Shown: positions 59,181 through 64,000 of the stretch, piece by piece
Position numbering within the stretch: position 1 is the stretch's first letter
Layout: every line of letters begins with the position of its first letter
NCBI GenBank assembly: GCA_043817155.1
Contig: JBDRHE010000059.1
Span: forward strand, 97-64,096
DNA from: Candidatus Omnitrophota bacterium
Lineage (GTDB): Bacteria; Omnitrophota; Gorgyraeia; JABMRN01; RBG-13-46-9
Direction: 5' to 3'
Length of the DNA stretch: 64,000 bases
Notes under the pieces: generated by a model
What the model was told of the DNA's origin: nothing
Databases searched by the model: none
Seen by the model: only the letters and a program-made list of their open reading frames with translations
Program-made: the position numbers and the translations under genes

Positions 59181-59820
59181 AATCACCTTTATATCCAAAC
59201 TCATTAAACAACCATATCCACTCTTCGGGTCTAAAGAATCCCTCGCAAGTAAGCGCCCAGCACTGGAGGTTCGTAAGCTCCTCCTCGGTTCTATAGCTCT
59301 CAACTGCTATGTATTTATATTTACCGACCCTCTCGATCTCCTTCAAAGATGACTTTAGGTCGTTTATAAGAAGATTGTGCAGGGTTGTTATGGATATTAC
59401 AAGATCAAACTCTCCGTCCTTAAATGGGAATTTATCCTCGGCCCTATATACAAAGAGAGACTCCCTTATCTCCTCCTTTGCATTCTCTATGGCATATTTT
59501 GAAACATCGAAACCCATAACGCTTGACAGCGGAAGTAGCTTTTTAAACTCATAAAGCAGAAAGCCCTTTCCGCAACCCACATCCAGGATCCTGGCCTTTT
59601 GGGGAAGACCATACAACTCTTTAAGTCTCTCCGCGACAACGCTCCAGCGCCCGTCGTATCTGTACCCGCCGTAGCCATACCTTCTCTCCCCATCCCAGTA
59701 TTCTTTCCCATATTCCCTGGCGGTCTTCATACATCCGGCTTTACTGTTTGCCATTCTACCTGTATAGTCTCTTTTTGTCTTCTTATGCAACGGGTTTATT
59801 GCGCTAATCAATCTTCCCAT
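59158..59820 (-). CDS. Class I SAM methyltransferase
   Basis: EYWDGERRYGYGGYRYDGRW, ILDVGCGKG, TTLHNL. Start set at ATG 59820. Confidence 0.9.
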   Translation of the reverse strand: MGRLISAINPLHKKTKRDYTGRMANSKAGCMKTAREYGKEYWDGERRYGYGGYRYDGRWSVVAERLKELYGLPQKARILDVGCGKGFLLYEFKKLLPLSSVMGFDVSKYAIENAKEEIRESLFVYRAEDKFPFKDGEFDLVISITTLHNLLINDLKSSLKEIERVGKYKYIAVESYRTEEELTNLQCWALTCEGFFRPEEWIWLFNEFGYKGDYEFIYFD

Positions 59821-59857
59821 AAGGCCCTCTCTTCTCTTTAAAACCATTATCCTTTTG

Positions 59858-60907
59858 CTAAACAACCTTATCGCCTTGAGAGCGGGGCATATTCTGGACA
59901 TAACCACCCCCGTGGGTTGTAACCGCAAACTTTCCAAGGCACAAATTAACGAGCTCCTCAAAAGATGATTCACAATCCTTTATCTTTTGATATGCTCTCG
60001 GGATCCCATGTAGATCTACTCTATTACGGGCACGCAATCGGCCGACTTCGGCAAATCCTATTTTTGGCAATAACTTGTCATAATTAATGGAATGGCGAAG
60101 TGGTTTCAGCTTGGAGCTATCTCTTATGTAGAGATATCCTCCTTTACGCAGTACCCTGGATGTTTGAGACATGAGCCATAGAATGCCTGCAGAATTTATT
60201 TCGTTAAGTACCCATGTCGCGGTAATAAGATCTATAGAGCCACTCTCAACGATACCAAAATGCCATGACGGAATATGCTTAAGTCTATATTCAGGATGTT
60301 TGTTTACAAGCGCTTTGATGGAACTCTCGCTTAAGTTAAAATTCTCACATTCAACGACATCCAGATATATCGCTTCACCTCCTGACAAGAACCTGAAGAA
60401 GTCGCGTTGGATCGAATAGCTGTGCGGACTTGCTTCAAGGGCGTAAAAGTTAGAATCGAATCCTTTCCGACTATAAACGGCATGCGTGCCAAGACCCGGA
60501 CCAATGTCCAGATGGTTTATAGGAGAGCTTATTCCCCCACAAAAACTGCGCAATGCGCAATAATCCTGTGCCCTCACTACAGCATTGCACGTAACGCTCT
60601 TCTTGAAATCGTCTTCCATATCGCTTGGGAACGGAACGAAATGACGATATGCTTTAGATAGACACTCTTCGATGGTCCTTAGCATTTCATCATAGTCATC
60701 TGTCCTTATTCTCTCGGGTGTGGGGTACTGCTCAAAGAACATTGTAAGATACTGCAGGAATGCCTGCGGGCCATGAACAACCTCCACTTTTGACAGCTGA
60801 TCAGCATCAACCCAGGAGAACGGATTACCTATGCGATGTAGCTTCTCGCCATACGCCCAGCCCTGGCTTATAAAGGCCCTATTCAACGAACGAATAATAT
60901 CTTCCAT
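59858..60907 (-). CDS. Putative sugar O-methyltransferase (class I)
   Basis: HLDIGPGLG, DLITATWVLNE, GGYLYIRD. Confidence 0.75.
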   Translation of the reverse strand: MEDIIRSLNRAFISQGWAYGEKLHRIGNPFSWVDADQLSKVEVVHGPQAFLQYLTMFFEQYPTPERIRTDDYDEMLRTIEECLSKAYRHFVPFPSDMEDDFKKSVTCNAVVRAQDYCALRSFCGGISSPINHLDIGPGLGTHAVYSRKGFDSNFYALEASPHSYSIQRDFFRFLSGGEAIYLDVVECENFNLSESSIKALVNKHPEYRLKHIPSWHFGIVESGSIDLITATWVLNEINSAGILWLMSQTSRVLRKGGYLYIRDSSKLKPLRHSINYDKLLPKIGFAEVGRLRARNRVDLHGIPRAYQKIKDCESSFEELVNLCLGKFAVTTHGGGYVQNMPRSQGDKVV

Positions 60908-60920
60908 ATAACTCCTTTGA

Positions 60921-62672
60921 TTACTGTATGCATCTTACCTTCTCTGACCCATCTACAGCCAGAGCCGAGAGAAAATGCCTGAAGACCAGACCGCTTAAAC
61001 TGACACCTGAATCATTAATTCTATTCAAGAATCGATCATATAATTTACTATAGAGCAACCTATAACGCCCATAGGTACTATCGAAAAAGCTACTTGCTTC
61101 CTCTCTCAATCTCTCATCCGTACAATCATCCGATATGAGATCTATTATGTTGTTGAAGTACTCATATTGCCGCTTGCCCACTTCTTTATTTAGTTGTTCG
61201 TAGTTATTCTTAAACTGCAGATACTCATCTTGCAACATTTCAAAAACCTTTCGATTCATCCTGTTAGTCATCCTTGCGATCAGGTTGCCTATATTTGTCT
61301 GTAATGAGTGTACTTCCCTGGTATTGGGAAAACGCACCAAGAGACTCTCCCAATGACCGGTAACGCGCGCCGCCAGTGGATCCCTTATCTTATACTTTGG
61401 CAATTCCCAGTGCCTGCCTGTTTCAATTACCCTCCCTTCTCTTTTAAGCCGATCATAGATCTCGGAATCCCGGATAAGCATTAAAACATTCGAAACAAAA
61501 TTTATATTGTCCGTAAAATCATATTTATGTAAAAATTCAATATTCTCTCTAAGCGTCTCCTCCGTAGAGTTTGGCCCAAACATAATGAAACCTGTTAATA
61601 CATAAAAGAGGTCGAGATCCCTTAAGATCTTTGCGGTGCGATGATTGTCTTCAACTGTTGCCTTCTTTCCGTAAAGCTTGATCTCACTATCGTTGGCAGC
61701 GTCAGATCCAATGATAACGACATCGACCCCTGCCTCCTTATATAGCTTTAAAAGCTCAATATCCTCTTCGCCCCTCCATGAATCACAGCGCAGATAGACC
61801 TTTGCGGAAAAGGGAACCCCGCGCCTTATAATGCCTTCGCAGATACGGCGCGATCGAACCTTCCCGAGTTTACCCGGATCCTCAAAGGAACTATCAGAAA
61901 AATTGAATACCCTGGCGCTGTAACGCTTGCTTAGGTACTCTACCTCATCGATTACCCTTTCCGGCGATCTTCCTCTCCACCTCTTACCCGCATGAACCTT
62001 GTGATAAAAGTTGACTGCGCAAAAACTGCAATTGCCTACACAGCCCCTGGAACTTATCATGCGCACACTCTCTATAAGACCGCCATCTACTAAATCCCTC
62101 TTTGCGTCTTCCAAAAGATCCCTTGCCGGAAAAGGTAATGTATCCAGGTCCTCTATAACGCATCTCTGCCTGTTTCTTATGATGTCGCCCGATTCATTTC
62201 GCCACACAAGCCCGTCTATCGAGTGGAGATCAGTTCTCTTGGCCCCTACTGCCTTTAATAGCTCCAGGGTCGTTACTTCACCTTCCCCCAAGATTATGAA
62301 ATCGTAAAGAGGTTCTTCTTTTAGTATCTCTTCCGACTTCGAGCACAGAAATGGGCCGCCAAAGATCGAGATCGACTCTGGTCTTACCGATTTGATCTTT
62401 GCGACTACCGTCCGAACCGGATGGTAATTTACCGTATTCAGCTGAAACCCATATATGTCCGCTGAGATCCCGGTTATCTCATTCTCATCGGTGATTAAGG
62501 CAAAAGTGTCACCCTCTCTTCTTACAAAGCATTGCTTGAATATTACATTATATTCCTGGTCTCTTAAGTACGCACCTACGCAAGCTATGCCGAGGGGAAT
62601 CTCCTGTTCATACTGGTAGTCGCCTTCTGTAACGACATTCATCATAGCAACTGTTAGATTGCGCGCACTCAT
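60921..62672 (-). CDS. Cobalamin-binding-domain radical SAM protein
   Basis: PLGIACVGAYL, FGGP, LGEGE, SSRGCVGNCSFC. ATGA overlap at 62669-62672. Confidence 0.92.
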   Translation of the reverse strand: MSARNLTVAMMNVVTEGDYQYEQEIPLGIACVGAYLRDQEYNVIFKQCFVRREGDTFALITDENEITGISADIYGFQLNTVNYHPVRTVVAKIKSVRPESISIFGGPFLCSKSEEILKEEPLYDFIILGEGEVTTLELLKAVGAKRTDLHSIDGLVWRNESGDIIRNRQRCVIEDLDTLPFPARDLLEDAKRDLVDGGLIESVRMISSRGCVGNCSFCAVNFYHKVHAGKRWRGRSPERVIDEVEYLSKRYSARVFNFSDSSFEDPGKLGKVRSRRICEGIIRRGVPFSAKVYLRCDSWRGEEDIELLKLYKEAGVDVVIIGSDAANDSEIKLYGKKATVEDNHRTAKILRDLDLFYVLTGFIMFGPNSTEETLRENIEFLHKYDFTDNINFVSNVLMLIRDSEIYDRLKREGRVIETGRHWELPKYKIRDPLAARVTGHWESLLVRFPNTREVHSLQTNIGNLIARMTNRMNRKVFEMLQDEYLQFKNNYEQLNKEVGKRQYEYFNNIIDLISDDCTDERLREEASSFFDSTYGRYRLLYSKLYDRFLNRINDSGVSLSGLVFRHFLSALAVDGSEKVRCIQ

Positions 62673-63613
62673 ACCTTGCAACCTTTGCGGTCGTATTTCA
62701 GTAAAGATACCGCAGCATCCATGATATGGCGTTTCGAAAGGCCGTTCAATTCTTTCATCTCCTGGTATGTTCCGTACCCCGAAGGGAATACACCTTTTAA
62801 CCCTAACCGTTTGAACCTGACAGGCATATTCCCCTCTTCGAGTATGACTTCGGCAACAGCGCTGCCTAAGCCACCGAAAATCGTATGCTCTTCAACAGTT
62901 ATAATGGTTCGGGTATCACGAGCCGCAGCCAATATGATCTCTTTATCTATCGGTTTTATAGTATGAATGTTTACCACCCTGGCGGAGATACCGGATTCCT
63001 CCAGCTCATATGCCGCCTCGAGAACATCCTTAAGTATACCGCCGGTGACTATAAACGTGATGTCCCGGCCTTCTTTCAAAGTTACGCCTTGTCCGGTTTT
63101 AAATTCATAATCTCTGCTATATATCTGTGGGCTCCCACCGGTTGCGAGCCTGATATAAACCGGGCCATCGATCTTTCGGGCCGCAAAGGTTATCTTTCTA
63201 GATTCCATCGGGTCGGCCGGGGAAAGAATTGTCATATTCGGCAAAGCCCTCATCAGGGCAATGTCCTCTACCGCATGATGCGTAGGACCTAAATCGCTGT
63301 ATACGAATCCTGCGCCTATGCCAACGAGTTTGACATTCATCTTCTGCATGCAAACATCATTTCTTATCTGTTCAAAGGCCCGCATGGTAAGAAAAGCGGA
63401 GATCGTATACGCAAAAGGGATCTTGCCGCATGAGGCAAGACCGGCCGCGACACTTACCATGTTCGCTTCGGAAATCCCGAAATTTAAGAATTGATCTGGA
63501 AACTCCTTGCGATATTTATCATACACAATAGCGCCGTTGTCCGCAACCAGGGCAAGGATCCTATTATCGTTCTTTGCCAGCCCATAGAGCGCCTCTATAT
63601 ATGCGTTTCTCAT
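62669..63613 (-). CDS. Transketolase, C-terminal (pyrimidine-binding) subunit
   Basis: FGISEANM, RAFEQIR, GPTHH..ED, PVYIRL, TVEEH..GGLGSAVAE. Confidence 0.94.
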   Translation of the reverse strand: MRNAYIEALYGLAKNDNRILALVADNGAIVYDKYRKEFPDQFLNFGISEANMVSVAAGLASCGKIPFAYTISAFLTMRAFEQIRNDVCMQKMNVKLVGIGAGFVYSDLGPTHHAVEDIALMRALPNMTILSPADPMESRKITFAARKIDGPVYIRLATGGSPQIYSRDYEFKTGQGVTLKEGRDITFIVTGGILKDVLEAAYELEESGISARVVNIHTIKPIDKEIILAAARDTRTIITVEEHTIFGGLGSAVAEVILEEGNMPVRFKRLGLKGVFPSGYGTYQEMKELNGLSKRHIMDAAVSLLKYDRKGCKV

Positions 63614-64000
63614 TATATCTTTTCCTCGAAATCGGCAATGTCCAGCTCTTTACACGCAATTTTCATCTCTTCGGCGTTTGGCAATCTGTAATGCCAGATA
63701 GGGGCATTTTCCATAAATGAGATCCCTTTGCCTTTAGTGGTATTGGCCACTACAAGGCCTGGTTTGCCCTTTCTGAAGGGAACATCTTTAAATACACCTA
63801 CCAGCTGTGAAACATCGTGACCGTCTACCTCTTCTACTTCCCACCCAAACGCCTTCCATTTATCGACCATCGGGTCCAGTGACACTATATTCTCGAGTCT
63901 GTCCATAGCTTGAAATCTGTTGTTGTCTATTATGACTACAAGGTTATCAAGCTTATGCTGCGGGGCAAATAGCGCAGCTTCCCATACCGAACCTTCCTGA
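63613..64000 (-). CDS. Transketolase, N-terminal (ThDP-binding) subunit, partial (continues beyond window)
   Basis: Frame open to the window edge: QEGSVWEAA...IIDNN (ThDP motif end), KWKAFGW, DGHD, TKGKG, WH. Confidence 0.92.
   Translation of the reverse strand, partial: QEGSVWEAALFAPQHKLDNLVVIIDNNRFQAMDRLENIVSLDPMVDKWKAFGWEVEEVDGHDVSQLVGVFKDVPFRKGKPGLVVANTTKGKGISFMENAPIWHYRLPNAEEMKIACKELDIADFEEKI

Noticed and set aside
13370-59973. Long N-terminal extensions in the ORF track (e.g. starts 14464, 18319, 31390, 32865, 59303, 59973)
   Set aside because: They overlap upstream genes extensively; downstream starts with SD or stop-start coupling match the domain boundaries.

Overview
Bacterial window (moderate GC) almost entirely filled by the downstream ~63 kb of one huge, tightly packed minus-strand gene cluster: about 56 genes from 820 to beyond 64000, and no convincing plus-strand gene. 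The content points to biosynthesis of a heavily tailored cell-surface glycan or glycolipid. It encodes 12 radical SAM enzymes (6 with cobalamin-binding-type N-termini, 6 SPASM/twitch-type) and 10 SAM methyltransferases including a TylF/MycF type. It also has 5 acylneuraminate-cytidylyltransferase-like domains, 2 sulfotransferases, a carbamoyltransferase, a WbuX/HisH/HisF amidotransferase triad, a split transketolase and 2 MsbA/PglK-like ABC exporters. A terminal GT2/YdjC/GT-C module closes the cluster. Four large orphan GT-B-like proteins each end a cytidylyltransferase-containing sub-module, and one of them is split by a -1 frameshift near 40.7 kb. Just past the 3' end of the cluster (1-819) is a non-coding region made of three consecutive, unrelated, nested 180-270 nt foldback structures, a candidate large structured RNA or palindrome array. 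A REP/dRS3-like palindromic element sits inside the operon at 27.3 kb. All functional calls come from motif recognition by eye; no searches were run.
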